The position numbers and the translations under genes were made by a program. DNA of 59,897 nt, counting the filler. It is 4 parts of 4 records of this genome, joined end to end, with 100 filler letters (N's around TTAATTAATTAA, not from the genome) between each part and the next. Parts side by side here need not be neighbours in the genome. Positions count along the whole stretch, not along the records: positions 32,548 to 54,167 come from SRR31156797_2826; 3 more parts are not named here. The stretch is one strand, 5' to 3'. The notes beneath the pieces were generated by a model. It was not told the origin of the DNA. It made no database searches and saw only the letters and a program-made list of their open reading frames with translations. The stretch's first letter is position 1. Each line of letters starts with the position of its first letter. Of this stretch, positions 40,296 through 50,733 are shown one piece after another.

Positions 40296-41409
40296 TCAAT
40301 TCTGAATTTCCCCCTTGGCCTGGCTGAGAAGAAATGACCGGACAAAAGACTCTATATCGCCGTCAAGGACTGCATCCACATTGCCCATTTCCGTTGAAGT
40401 GCGGTGATCTTTAACCAACCGGTAAGGATGAAGAACATAGGATCTAATCTGGCTGCCCCAGGCAATCTCCTTTTTATTGTCGTGCATTTTCTTCATCTCT
40501 TCCGCTTTTTTCTGCTCTTCAACCTGATAAAGCCGGGCCCGGAGGACCTTCATGGCCAGATCCTTGTTGCGATGCTGGGATTTTTCATCCTGGCACTGAA
40601 CGACTATTCCCGTGGGAATATGTGTGATTCGGACCGCGCTGCTTGTTTTATTTACATGTTGTCCGCCCGCGCCGCTGGCCCTGTAAGTATCTATACGTAA
40701 ATCCTTATCCTGAATGTCTATCACGATGTCTTCGTCTATCTCCGGAGTCACAAACACACTGGCAAATGATGTATGACGCCTGTTGCTGGCGTCATAAGGC
40801 GAAATCCGCACCAACCTGTGTATGCCTATCTCCGGTCTCATCAATCCAAATGCATAATCGCCGTTCATGGTCAGGGTCACGCTTTTAAGGCCGGCTTCTT
40901 CACCTTCCAGCATGTCCACGATCTGGGTCTGAAAATTATTGCGATCCGCCCACCTGAGATACATTCGAAGAAGCATTTGAGCCCAATCCTGGGCTTCCGT
41001 CCCGCCCGCGCCCGCATGAATGTCCACAATGGCGTTGCTTCTGTCGTGGGCGCCGGAAAGCATTCTCTGAACCTCGAATTGGTCGATTTGCTTTTCCAAT
41101 TCGCCGGTTTTGCTCAATACCTCCGCGCCGGTTTCCTCGTCTTCCTCCTCCAGGGCCAGATCAAGAAGAATTTCAGCCTCTTCCAAGGATTCTTCCAGGT
41201 TCGACCAGTTCTCCTTCTTCTCGGACAACCTGGTCCTTTCCCGGGTGACTTCCTGCGCTGTAGACGTATCGTCCCAAAAGCCCGGCTTGGTCATGATCTT
41301 GTCAAGCTCGGCCAGGCGGTTATTCAATGTTTCCAAGTCAAAGATAACCTCGGAGCGTGTCTAGGCGTTCACGAAGGGTTTTTACGATTGGTTTGATGTC
41401 TGCTAACAT
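40296..41409 (-). CDS. prfB: Peptide chain release factor 2 with programmed +1 frameshift
   Basis: ORF1 MLADIKPIVKTLRERLDTLRGYL ends GAGGT-TAT-CTT-TGA-C (CTT TGA at 41343-41338); ORF2 has SPY and GGQ. Confidence 0.96.
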
Positions 41410-42971
41410 TTTTTTCTCCTGACATAAACAACCACGAAGAATAAAGCGGCGACGCCCAGGCATAACCGCGGAATTAAATCTCCAGTGGCGTTGTATATGG
41501 TTTTTATATCCAATAGGGGTACTCGCCCCTCTAAAATGTCCTGTTCAAAAAGATCCAGTTTTCCCTGAACGGATCCGTCGGGCATTATAAAACCGCTTAT
41601 GCCCGTATTGGCCGCCCTTATTATCGATCTCCGGTTTTCAACCGCACGAATGATTGCCTGCGAAAAGTGCTGGGCCGGGGCTGATGATTTACCGAACCAG
41701 GCGTCGTTGGTGATAATAACCAGGTAGTCCGCTCCCGCCGTGACCTGTTCATCGGCCAGGGCTGTAAAAATCGACTCATAACATATTAATACACCAATCT
41801 TTTCATCGTCAAGCTCAAGAAGCTTCCCTTTTTTGCCCGGGAAATAGATGCCGGCCGCCTCGGTTATCTTGCGGACAAAAAAGAGTATTTCCTTCATGGG
41901 CACGTATTCGCCGAAAGGAACGAGATGGACCTTGTCGTAATAACCCAATACCTCGGCCTTTTCATCCACCAGGTAAGCCCGATTATAATACCTGCGCTCC
42001 GATGAAGCTTCTTCAAAGGCCGGGGCGCCGAACAAAAGGGCGCTCTTCGACCTTTTTACCAGGTTGTCAAGCCAATCCGTGGCCGCTTCGTCGCGCAGGT
42101 AGAAAAACGGCGCTGCGGTTTCAGGCCATACAATCAAGTCCGGATTTTTACTGGAGGCATTTAGCGTTAAATTTTGGTATGTTACAAGGGTTTTAACCCT
42201 GTTGTCCGGATCCCACTTGATTGATTGCTCTATGGACGCCTGTACTATTGTTGCTTTTGTCTCCTTGGCCGCTCTTATAGCTTCGTCAATCGACTTGTAT
42301 CTATAGTGCCCATAAATCGAAAGCGCCATGAATACAGCCAAAACGCAGGCGCCGGGAAAAACTGTAGATTTAATCCCGGATTTCCTGAATCTTGTGTAAG
42401 CTTCCGCAAGAGCGAGATTCACAAAAACAATAACAAAAGTCAAACCGCCCGCTCCGACCAGGTCGGCCGCCTGCACAAAAATCCTGGACGGCGCCAAAGC
42501 CGCCCCTAAAGGCTCCCAGGGGAATCCGGTCAGGAAAAAACTCTTGAAATAATCGAGCCCGGTAAAAATCGCGGCCCCCAGTAACATCCATAACAAACCG
42601 CCAGGCTTCACCCCCGGGAATTTTTCCAAATTACTTATCCCCAAGGCAAACAGGGCGGGGTACAAGGCCAAATAACCTGTCAGCAAAAAGAATATGGGCA
42701 AGGCCGCGATCAAGGGCAGGTAAGCGTAGGTGACGAGAACATTAATCAGCCAGTAAAGCAGCGTGACGGTGTGAACAAACCCGGCGACAAAGCCAATGCG
42801 AAAAGCCCGGCCGGGTTTCAAGTCCCTGCAAACAACTATCAGCGGAACCAGCCCAGCGAATATTATGGGCCAGATTTCAAAATAGGGAAAAGCCGAAGTC
42901 AGCAGCAGACCGGAAAGAACGGATACGCCTAATAATCCCCAGTCCGGGGAGGAAAGCCGGTTTCTTACCAT
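41403..42971 (-). CDS. lnt: Apolipoprotein N-acyltransferase
   Basis: TGFPW, WPETA, YDKVHLVPFGEY, LICYE, TNDAWFG. Confidence 0.96.
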   Translation of the reverse strand: MVRNRLSSPDWGLLGVSVLSGLLLTSAFPYFEIWPIIFAGLVPLIVVCRDLKPGRAFRIGFVAGFVHTVTLLYWLINVLVTYAYLPLIAALPIFFLLTGYLALYPALFALGISNLEKFPGVKPGGLLWMLLGAAIFTGLDYFKSFFLTGFPWEPLGAALAPSRIFVQAADLVGAGGLTFVIVFVNLALAEAYTRFRKSGIKSTVFPGACVLAVFMALSIYGHYRYKSIDEAIRAAKETKATIVQASIEQSIKWDPDNRVKTLVTYQNLTLNASSKNPDLIVWPETAAPFFYLRDEAATDWLDNLVKRSKSALLFGAPAFEEASSERRYYNRAYLVDEKAEVLGYYDKVHLVPFGEYVPMKEILFFVRKITEAAGIYFPGKKGKLLELDDEKIGVLICYESIFTALADEQVTAGADYLVIITNDAWFGKSSAPAQHFSQAIIRAVENRRSIIRAANTGISGFIMPDGSVQGKLDLFEQDILEGRVPLLDIKTIYNATGDLIPRLCLGVAALFFVVVYVRRKKC

Positions 42972-42977
42972 TTCAGT

Positions 42978-43841
42978 TCAAGCGGCGTCGGCGCGGGAAT
43001 CGCCCGATGAATTGCGCCTTATCTCGACAGTATTGATTTTGCGTTCGTCAGCGTTGCGGATAATAATGACCATATCTCCGAATTCCACTTGCTCATTCTC
43101 CTCCGGAAGACGACCGATCAGGTCCGTAATAAAACCGCCGACAGACTCATAATCGCCGTCTGGAATTTCAACGCCCAAAAAATCAGCCAAATCTTCAATG
43201 TGAAGGCTTGCTTCCACGAGGTACGCATTTTCATCAATCTGTCTTATATTCTCTTCTTCCACATCATATTCGTCGTGGATGTCGCCGATGATCTCCTCGA
43301 TTATGTCTTCCAGGGTCACCAGTCCGGCAGTTCCGCCGTATTCATCCAAAACTACGGCCATATGACTTTTCCTGGATTTGAGTTCACTAAGAAGATCAAC
43401 TATTTTCTTTCCTTCCGGTACGAATATGGGCGAACGTATCGCTTCCCTTGGCAAGGGCTCTTCATCGGATAAACTCCAATAAGTCAAAAGATCCTTGGCC
43501 AGCAATATGCCCTCGATGTGGTCGATGTCCCCTTGATATATGGGCAGGCGCGTATGACCATGAGAAATTATTGTTTCCAGCACATCGCCTATTGACGATT
43601 CAATCGGCGCCGCAACTATGGATGTTCTGGGAACCATTATTTCCCTGGCAATGGTTTCTCCAAATTCGAAAATACTCTGGATCATCTCCCCTTCACCATG
43701 GGTGATGACGCCCTTTTCAGCGCCCTGGTCGATGAGATCCTGTATTTCCTCTTCAAATCTTTCGGCAGTCGTTTCCGATTTCAGGCGTTTGTAAAACGCC
43801 TTGAGCTTTCGGATTATGCCTTGTGATTGATCGTCCTCCAA
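42978..43841 (-). CDS. corC: CBS/CorC-HlyC domain protein
   Basis: REIMVPR, DEYGGTAGLVTLEDIIEEI; conserved position upstream of lnt. Confidence 0.88.
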   Translation of the reverse strand: MEDDQSQGIIRKLKAFYKRLKSETTAERFEEEIQDLIDQGAEKGVITHGEGEMIQSIFEFGETIAREIMVPRTSIVAAPIESSIGDVLETIISHGHTRLPIYQGDIDHIEGILLAKDLLTYWSLSDEEPLPREAIRSPIFVPEGKKIVDLLSELKSRKSHMAVVLDEYGGTAGLVTLEDIIEEIIGDIHDEYDVEEENIRQIDENAYLVEASLHIEDLADFLGVEIPDGDYESVGGFITDLIGRLPEENEQVEFGDMVIIIRNADERKINTVEIRRNSSGDSRADAA

Positions 43842-43910
43842 TCTATTGTATCCTTATGGTCCGCCGGTAATAATTATCCGCGGACATTTTTTTTGGGGGT
43901 TAATTGTTTC

Positions 43911-45761
43911 TCAGCTTCTTTCAAGGGAAATGTTATAGCGCTGGATAAGCTCCTCAAGCCTGGTTTCGGGCTGGTTCAACATCTCGGCGGCAACTGCCAG
44001 ATCTCCGTATGCTCTGGCCAAGGCCCTGCGAATATACAGTTTCTGGACTTCATCCAGGATTGCGGACTCATCCCCGTCGCTTGAATAAAATGCTTCCGTG
44101 GATAAACGGAGGTCCGGGGGCAGGTCATCCAGTATAATTCGACCTCCGCGTGCAAACATAACCAGCCGGTCTGTCATATTCCTGAGCTCGCCCACATTGC
44201 CCGGCCATGGATATGAACGTAAACATTCCGCGGCGGCAGGATCGATTTCCGGAACCCGCAAACCTCTTTCCTTGGCCGCCCTGCTCAGAAAATGATTGGC
44301 CAGAGTGGTTATATCATTCTTGAGCTCCCTCAACGGCGGCGTGGCCAGGCTCACTTCCGAAAGGCGATGGTAAAGATCTTCCCTGAATTCCCCGTGCTCA
44401 ACAAGCGAATAAAGGTCGACGCTGGTTGAAGTAATGGTCCGGAAATTACTGGGGCGAGGTCTTGAAGAACCTATTCTGTATACAAGGCATTCTTCTATAG
44501 CCCTGAGCAACTCCACCTGGCCGGATAAGGAAAGGTGATCAATATGGCGAATAAAAATGGTTCCGCCGTCGGCTTTTTCCAAAAGACCGGGAGAACCTTC
44601 CTCGGAAATAGTGCCTTCTTCCTGGCCGAACAGAGCGCTTTCCAATTGGCCCGGCTGTATGGTTGAACAGTTGATGCTCATGAAAGGACCGCGGCGGCGC
44701 ATGCTCTGTGAATGAATGCGGCGGGCCAACACTTCCTTGCCCGTGCCCACTTCGCCTATAAGCATGATTCTGGCGTCGGTTACAGCAACCTGGGACAGAG
44801 TTCCCAGAAGCGCCTTGATCTGGTGATCGTCGCCCACGAAACTCGAACTTTCGCTCAGGTCTTCCTCCTCGCGAGTCAACCTGTAATCCAGTTCGCCGAT
44901 AAGATTGGCGTTAATCAGGGCCGATGAAATCAGGCTGCCCAACGATGTAAGGAAATTAAGGTCCTTTTCATTGTAACTTCTCGAACTGCTTTCAACATAG
45001 AGCAGACCCAGTGAATCGGCATGGGCTTTTAAAGGGACGGCCATTATCGAGTGAGCATTATCTTTAATAATTCTTTCGCCCTTGACAAAATCAAGATCTT
45101 CCAAACCGTATGGCCATATAATCGCCTGGTTTTCGTTAATCGCCAGATCGACAAGCGGGCGCGGGATGGACAGCCTGCGACTTTCAGGCCTGGAAAGCAG
45201 GGCGGTCATGCGTTCGGTGTGGCTTGTTTCCGGCCACAACAGGGCGAGACTTGTCGCCCCGAATATCTTTGTTATGGCGTAAGCTGTCTGTTTAAGCACC
45301 CGGCCTTTGTTCGGGCGGTTGGCCAATGCGGAAGCAACCTGGAATAATGGCGCCAGGGCCGCCCTGTCCAGCGAGCCAAGGTCGGAATCAGCCGGCGCGG
45401 CAATCACTCCCTCAGGTTCGGAATCAACCTCGCCGACGATTAAAACCGCACCCTCGCGTCCGACAGCAACATCCAGATCAGGATCGAAAAGAAAAACCTC
45501 CTGGCCGACCTTTATTTCATCGTTTCTTTTAAGGTCGACCTGGCCTTCCAGCCTCGAATCATTGTACTGAGTGCCGTTAGTGCTGCCCAGGTCCTTTAAA
45601 ACATATCCATTTTCGGATTTGAATATTTCGGCGTGCATTCGGGATGTGGCCCGATCAAACAGAATTAGGTCGCATTCCGGCGATCGTCCGAGAACAGCGC
45701 TGTCGCCGATTTCGAACTGAAAACCAAATCGATCTTCTCTAAATGCAAATAGGACAGGCAT
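43911..45761 (-). CDS. FHA - GAF - degenerate sigma54-type AAA+ regulator
   Basis: FHA GR..SRMH..STNGT; GAF; Walker A GEVGTGKE; GAFTGA and Walker B DE absent. Confidence 0.85.
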   Translation of the reverse strand: MPVLFAFREDRFGFQFEIGDSAVLGRSPECDLILFDRATSRMHAEIFKSENGYVLKDLGSTNGTQYNDSRLEGQVDLKRNDEIKVGQEVFLFDPDLDVAVGREGAVLIVGEVDSEPEGVIAAPADSDLGSLDRAALAPLFQVASALANRPNKGRVLKQTAYAITKIFGATSLALLWPETSHTERMTALLSRPESRRLSIPRPLVDLAINENQAIIWPYGLEDLDFVKGERIIKDNAHSIMAVPLKAHADSLGLLYVESSSRSYNEKDLNFLTSLGSLISSALINANLIGELDYRLTREEEDLSESSSFVGDDHQIKALLGTLSQVAVTDARIMLIGEVGTGKEVLARRIHSQSMRRRGPFMSINCSTIQPGQLESALFGQEEGTISEEGSPGLLEKADGGTIFIRHIDHLSLSGQVELLRAIEECLVYRIGSSRPRPSNFRTITSTSVDLYSLVEHGEFREDLYHRLSEVSLATPPLRELKNDITTLANHFLSRAAKERGLRVPEIDPAAAECLRSYPWPGNVGELRNMTDRLVMFARGGRIILDDLPPDLRLSTEAFYSSDGDESAILDEVQKLYIRRALARAYGDLAVAAEMLNQPETRLEELIQRYNISLERS

Positions 45762-46206
45762 GGTCCATTAATTTCCGTTCTCTGTTACTCAGGCTCGGAC
45801 CCAGATGCTGAGCTAAGACTGCTTTATTAACCATTACGTTAGATTGACATAAAATGTCTTGTCTGTCAATTAGTTATCGAACCTGTCGATAATTACTGCT
45901 TTTTTACGGCGCTTTAGGGTCTTGTTGAAATAATTGTGCAATTACAGCCTGATAGACCCCTGACGACTTGTTCCCCGTGTCGACCGAAATTCGGTGGATA
46001 TAAAAAAACAATAATTAAAATAACAGAATTTAATATAGCAAGGCAGGGCCCCCCGAGTCAAGGCGGATGGCGCCTGCGGAATTCAGAGGCCGACCTTCTC
46101 CCATGCACCTGGCTCCAAGGCGCCTAATGGGAAAATTGCCTTGACCCTATCTATCTATTATGATAGCCGTCGTTGCACGGAAATCTGTGGAAAGGCGGGT
46201 TGATAA

Positions 46207-47571
46207 ATGGCTGACATAGCCCCTCTCAGGGGTATCATTTACAATAAGAAAAAAGTAGGCGATATGCGCAATGTGGTTGCGCCGCCTTACGATGTTGTAA
46301 CTCCTGAACAGCAAGCGGAATACCATCGTCGGCACCCTAACAACGTCATGCATGTGGACCTCGGTCCTAAAAAAGACGGCGATCTTAATGATTATGACTG
46401 GCATGAAAGAGCCGGTTATGAATTCAATCGCTGGCTGGCCGAAGGAGTATTGGTCAGGCATGAAAAGCCGGCCATATACATTATGGAAACCGATTTTGAC
46501 GACCCGGGCACCGGCGAAAGAATGACCCGGCACGGCTTTGTTTGTCTGCTCCGGCTGGAAGAGTTCGGCGCCGAAGCCAAAATCAGGCCCCACGAACGCA
46601 CCTTTTCCTACCACAAGGCGGAAAGGCTGCATCATATGGAGCACGTTCAGTCCAACCTGAGCCAAATTTTTACTGTTTTTCCCGACGAAAGGCGAGAGGC
46701 CCTCTCAATTATCCAGGCCGGGGAACAGGAAGCCCCGCTCTTTGATTTCCAGGACCATAGTGGAATGGGACACCGTATGTGGCCGGTTTGGGATAAGGGG
46801 ATTATTTCAGACTTGGGCGAATTAATGCGCGACAAAACTATCTATATCGCCGACGGGCATCATCGATATGAAACCGCTTTGAATTATCGCCGTATAAAGG
46901 CGGAAAAAGGCGTTAAGATCGATACAAATTCTCCTCTTAACTACTTGATGGTCTACCTGTGCGCGGTTTCCGATCCGGGATTGGCCATTCTACCCGCACA
47001 CCGTCTTATAAAACGCACTCTAAACCAGAGTAAGGAAGAACTGGAAGGCGCTCTTAAGAAATTCTTCGAAGTAAGAACATTTTCTTTCACCATGGTGGAA
47101 GAACGTTCCGCAAGACATGCCTTTCTCAGAAGGCTGCGCGAAGAAAGCCATGAAGGCAATGTCATGGGCGTATACTCCAAACTTGCCCAGACTTTTTACC
47201 TGCTTAAAAAACGTAATAATGCCGGTGAAGGATCATGCTTGGAAAAGTGGCCTGAATTGTTAAGAAAACTTGATACTGTCGTCCTGACGAGTCTTGTTTT
47301 CCAGGAAGCCCTGGGCATGACTGAAGCGGATTTGGACGACGCCGCCCGGATATCATATTCCAGCAAGGCTGACGAAGCCATAGACAGGGTGAATCACGGT
47401 CAGGCTGAACTGGCGGCCATATTGAATCCAACGCGAATGGAACAGGTCCAGGACGTGGCCGAGGCCGGATTGGTTATGCCCAGAAAGTCTACATTCTTCT
47501 ATCCCAAGGTAACCACCGGAATGGTTTTTAATCCTGTCAATCCATTTGAAGAAATAGAACCGGCTGTTTAA
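46207..47571 (+). CDS. DUF1015 family protein
   Basis: APPYDVV, RPHERT, IADGHHRYET, MPRKSTFFYPK. Confidence 0.9.
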   Translation: MADIAPLRGIIYNKKKVGDMRNVVAPPYDVVTPEQQAEYHRRHPNNVMHVDLGPKKDGDLNDYDWHERAGYEFNRWLAEGVLVRHEKPAIYIMETDFDDPGTGERMTRHGFVCLLRLEEFGAEAKIRPHERTFSYHKAERLHHMEHVQSNLSQIFTVFPDERREALSIIQAGEQEAPLFDFQDHSGMGHRMWPVWDKGIISDLGELMRDKTIYIADGHHRYETALNYRRIKAEKGVKIDTNSPLNYLMVYLCAVSDPGLAILPAHRLIKRTLNQSKEELEGALKKFFEVRTFSFTMVEERSARHAFLRRLREESHEGNVMGVYSKLAQTFYLLKKRNNAGEGSCLEKWPELLRKLDTVVLTSLVFQEALGMTEADLDDAARISYSSKADEAIDRVNHGQAELAAILNPTRMEQVQDVAEAGLVMPRKSTFFYPKVTTGMVFNPVNPFEEIEPAV

Positions 47572-47772
47572 GTCCTGTTTTTATGTTTTGGCGCGGGGCG
47601 CCCGCGCCAGAATATTACAACTCCATCCGGCAGGCGGCATGACTTTACGGCTGCCTGCACATAGTTCTATAATGTTCGCCATCGTTACTTCTCTCATTAA
47701 GAATTTTGTGTATAAGAACCATTCATGGATGAACGCATAATAATTCTATAAAATCATGGAGTTATTCATCTC

Positions 47773-48567
47773 GTGAAAAACGATACGGCCATCCCGGAAG
47801 GATTAACCAGGGATTCTGTCTTTGAAGGACGCCTGACGATTTATCAGCCTGCATCCGGATACCGTTTTTCCATAGACGCGCCATTACTGGCTGATTTTGT
47901 TCGTTGCGAACCCGGGGAGACCGTTGTCGAACTCGGCGCCGGCGCAGGAGTTGTTTCCATTATTATCGCCTCGGTCATTGGTTCCGGCCGGGTGATAGCC
48001 GTGGAATTACAAGATCGCCTTGCGGAATGCGCCCGCTTGAATATTAATGAATTCAGGAACGCCCACAAAAGCGACGTTGATCTGAATTTGATTAAAATGG
48101 ACTGGTCCGACCTGAGCAAGGATGCCGTCGGCGGCTCTGTTGACGTAGTAATATCAAATCCTCCATACAGAAAACTGGGTTCCGGCAGGATAAATCCCGG
48201 CCGGGAAGAAGCTGTGGCCAGGCACGAAATAATGGGCGGCGCTGATTCAGCCGCCAGGGCGGCCGCTAAAATTCTTTCCGCCGGCGGACGCCTGGCAATG
48301 ATTTATCCCTCATCCCGATTGGCGGGGCTGATTGCCGACTTGAAAGCCCATCGATTTGAACCAAAAAGATTAAGGATGATACACAGCCGCCGGCGAGAAT
48401 CCGCCAGGCTTGTTTTGATCGAGGCTCGTATGGGAGGTAAGGAAGAGCTTGAAATTCTGCCGCCCATGTTCATTTACGGCGACGGCAGGGAATATTCGGA
48501 AGAGGTATCCGCTATTCTTTCCGGGCGTCCCTTTGACGGGCCAGGAGAGCCGTCAACTGATCTTTGA
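47773..48567 (+). CDS. tRNA1(Val) adenine-N6 methyltransferase-like protein
   Basis: GYRFSIDA, ELGAGAG, SNPPY, ARHE. Confidence 0.85.
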   Translation: MKNDTAIPEGLTRDSVFEGRLTIYQPASGYRFSIDAPLLADFVRCEPGETVVELGAGAGVVSIIIASVIGSGRVIAVELQDRLAECARLNINEFRNAHKSDVDLNLIKMDWSDLSKDAVGGSVDVVISNPPYRKLGSGRINPGREEAVARHEIMGGADSAARAAAKILSAGGRLAMIYPSSRLAGLIADLKAHRFEPKRLRMIHSRRRESARLVLIEARMGGKEELEILPPMFIYGDGREYSEEVSAILSGRPFDGPGEPSTDL

Positions 48568-48994
48568 GTTCCCGGTCTTTTACTGAAGAAACCGCTGAAA
48601 TTATGCTTTGATTTATCGGCTTGGGCCCGGGCTCCCGCCTTGTCGCCCCTGAAGGCCCGGCGCTTTTCAATTTTCGCCTGGCCTCGATTGATCCGACACG
48701 AAAAATGATGTCGTTGATCATCGGGGCGCCAAGCGCTTCATTAATATTCTTGATAAAGTCAGCCTTAAGGTAGCCCAGGCGGTCTATCCAGACCGAACTG
48801 CCCACCAATACGGTCAGACGGCCGTTCTTTACAGATTCGGGCACGGCTTTTGATGCATTATAAGAACCGACCGCGTCTTCCCATACATCAAATACCCGAA
48901 CCATTTCCCGGGCCAGACCTAAAAAGCCCTCGTCCATCGATTTGGATATGATCTGACCCAAAGAGGTCAACTGGCTGCGCGGTCGGTTATCCAT
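48512..48994 (-). CDS. DUF721/DciA family protein
   Basis: WEDAVG, LTVLVGSSVW, IKNINEALG..IIFRVG. Confidence 0.75.
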   Translation of the reverse strand: MDNRPRSQLTSLGQIISKSMDEGFLGLAREMVRVFDVWEDAVGSYNASKAVPESVKNGRLTVLVGSSVWIDRLGYLKADFIKNINEALGAPMINDIIFRVGSIEARRKLKSAGPSGATRREPGPKPINQSIISAVSSVKDRELKDQLTALLARQRDARKE

Positions 48995-49004
48995 TTCTTA
49001 TCTG

Positions 49005-49250
49005 CTATTGTTCCTCTTCTTCATTTTTCTCGGGATTGAGACCAAGGCATTTGTCCGCGAATTTACACCACTTGGCGCAGCCTTCGTTCAGTTTCGGATT
49101 TGAAAATATATGGCCGCAGCCCGGACATTTACGCCTGGCGTCATCTTTATAAAATTCCACCTGGGCGTGACAATTTGGGCACGTAATTTCAAATATGTCT
49201 CCCGGTTTCCAAAACTGGGTGTTTTGACCCGGGCATTGTGTTATTGCCAT
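49005..49250 (-). CDS. Small Cys-rich metal-binding protein, 81 aa
   Basis: CPGQ, CPNC, CPGC, CAKWC..C; GGAGG RBS. Confidence 0.8.
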   Translation of the reverse strand: MAITQCPGQNTQFWKPGDIFEITCPNCHAQVEFYKDDARRKCPGCGHIFSNPKLNEGCAKWCKFADKCLGLNPEKNEEEEQ

Positions 49251-49271
49251 GTTATTCGCCTCCCTTTCCGA

Positions 49272-50018
49272 TCAGGCCGCGCGTTCTTCCGTTTTCTGAA
49301 CCACCTCGCCGGACGGGTCGATCTGAACCAGGTGCAATAATATGGAGCCTCCGGCTTTTTTCGCGGCCTCGCTGACCAAGTGCACCATCCCGTAACAACA
49401 TGGAACGGTCATATAAAGAACCGTAACGTCCTTAATGTTGTTTTTTCTAAAAATTTCAATCAGCTTTTCTTCGTACCCCGATGTGTCGTCCAACTTGGGG
49501 CAGGCGATTATCAGCGCTTTGTCGCGAAGAAAATCCTGGTGGAGGCCGGTCAGGGAAAAACCCGTGCAATCAGCCGCGATTAGAAGTTCGGCATTCTTTA
49601 GAAAAGGAGCTTCCGGAGGAACAAGATGCAACTGTATCGGCCAGTTGCTCAGGGCGGAAGGAAGCTTGCCTCCGGCCGGCGCGGCAGGGGTAAGAGGTTT
49701 CAATTCCTGGACCATGCTGCCCGGACAGCCGCAGGCCAATGGTTCGGGCTGCGATTGAACGGGACCGCTCTGATTAAGACTAGCCAAGTGAGCTTCCACG
49801 GCTTCTTCGTCAAAATCGGGAGCTTCCCGTTCTATCACTTCAAGGGCCCCTTGCGGGCAATCCCCGATGCATGCTCCCAAACCGTCGCAATATATGTCGC
49901 TGACCAGTTTGGCTTTACCGTCTATTATCTCCAGCGCGCCTTCGGCGCAGCCTATGACGCAAGCTCCACACCCATCGCACTTTTCTTCATCTATCCTGAT
50001 AATGTTTCGTTTGGCCAT
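49272..50018 (-). CDS. 4Fe-4S ferredoxin-domain protein (hcp-regulon type)
   Basis: CDGCGACVIGC, CDGLGACIGDCP, WPIQL, ACPKLD, PCC. Confidence 0.85.
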   Translation of the reverse strand: MAKRNIIRIDEEKCDGCGACVIGCAEGALEIIDGKAKLVSDIYCDGLGACIGDCPQGALEVIEREAPDFDEEAVEAHLASLNQSGPVQSQPEPLACGCPGSMVQELKPLTPAAPAGGKLPSALSNWPIQLHLVPPEAPFLKNAELLIAADCTGFSLTGLHQDFLRDKALIIACPKLDDTSGYEEKLIEIFRKNNIKDVTVLYMTVPCCYGMVHLVSEAAKKAGGSILLHLVQIDPSGEVVQKTEERAA

Positions 50019-50074
50019 TTGGCGCCTCCTCTCTTTTGTTAAGTAGAGGATGCCATTTTTTCAGGCATTTCGCC

Positions 50075-50088
50075 TTGACCTAAGTCAA
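50075..50088. promoter_or_regulatory. CRP/FNR-family (HcpR-type) palindrome
   Basis: TTGAC-CTAA-GTCAA, 57 nt upstream of the ferredoxin gene start. Confidence 0.65.
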
Positions 50089-50119
50089 CAGGCAAAGAAA
50101 AAAAGTTAATGCGCGATAC

Positions 50120-50584
50120 TTAATCAATGTCCTCAATCTTGGCTATGGCCTCTTCAGCGCTCACATCCGCATATATAACGCTCATCAACCCGGCAATGTA
50201 CTGGTCCATCATGGCCACGTTGGCGTAGACAAGATGCTTGATAATGGCCGGCGTCATCATTTCTTCGGCGCCTTCCACATCTATACTGGTCTTGAATCTA
50301 ACTTCGCCGTCGCTGAAGTCCATTTCAAAGTTGCCGATAAACATGCCATAGTTGGCTCTGGTGATGAACTCGGCTATGGCCGGTCTCTTTTCTTCCGGAA
50401 CAAAAGGAGCAAGACTTGAATAGAAGATAACCTGCTTCTCATCTTCCCTTGCCCTGGCAATGCACTCCCAACGGCCGTTTTTGCCTTTAAAGCCCATCCT
50501 TAGGGCCGGCGCGTCTTCTATGCGTTGATAATGCCAGTCGTCATCGATAAAAAATTGTTCCATGGTGTCAAATATTAGTGCCAA
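50120..50584 (-). CDS. YbjN domain protein
   Basis: EFITRANYG..GNFEMDFSDGEVRFKTS. Confidence 0.85.
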   Translation of the reverse strand: MALIFDTMEQFFIDDDWHYQRIEDAPALRMGFKGKNGRWECIARAREDEKQVIFYSSLAPFVPEEKRPAIAEFITRANYGMFIGNFEMDFSDGEVRFKTSIDVEGAEEMMTPAIIKHLVYANVAMMDQYIAGLMSVIYADVSAEEAIAKIEDID

Positions 50585-50733
50585 TGTTTTACTCCTTCTA
50601 AATATCCGTTAGATTTTTCCATTTTTCTACCTCAACTCCACACTCGTAAGAATTGAGAACTATTAAACAAAAATGCGCTCGTCGGCTTTTCCGCCGAAAC
50701 GGGCGAATCAAGTGTTTTTGCCGCTGCTTTAAA

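Noticed and set aside
45936-46140. GC-rich intergenic stretch as a possible ncRNA or small ORF
   Set aside because: No recognisable Rfam-like motif, RBS or convincing structure by eye
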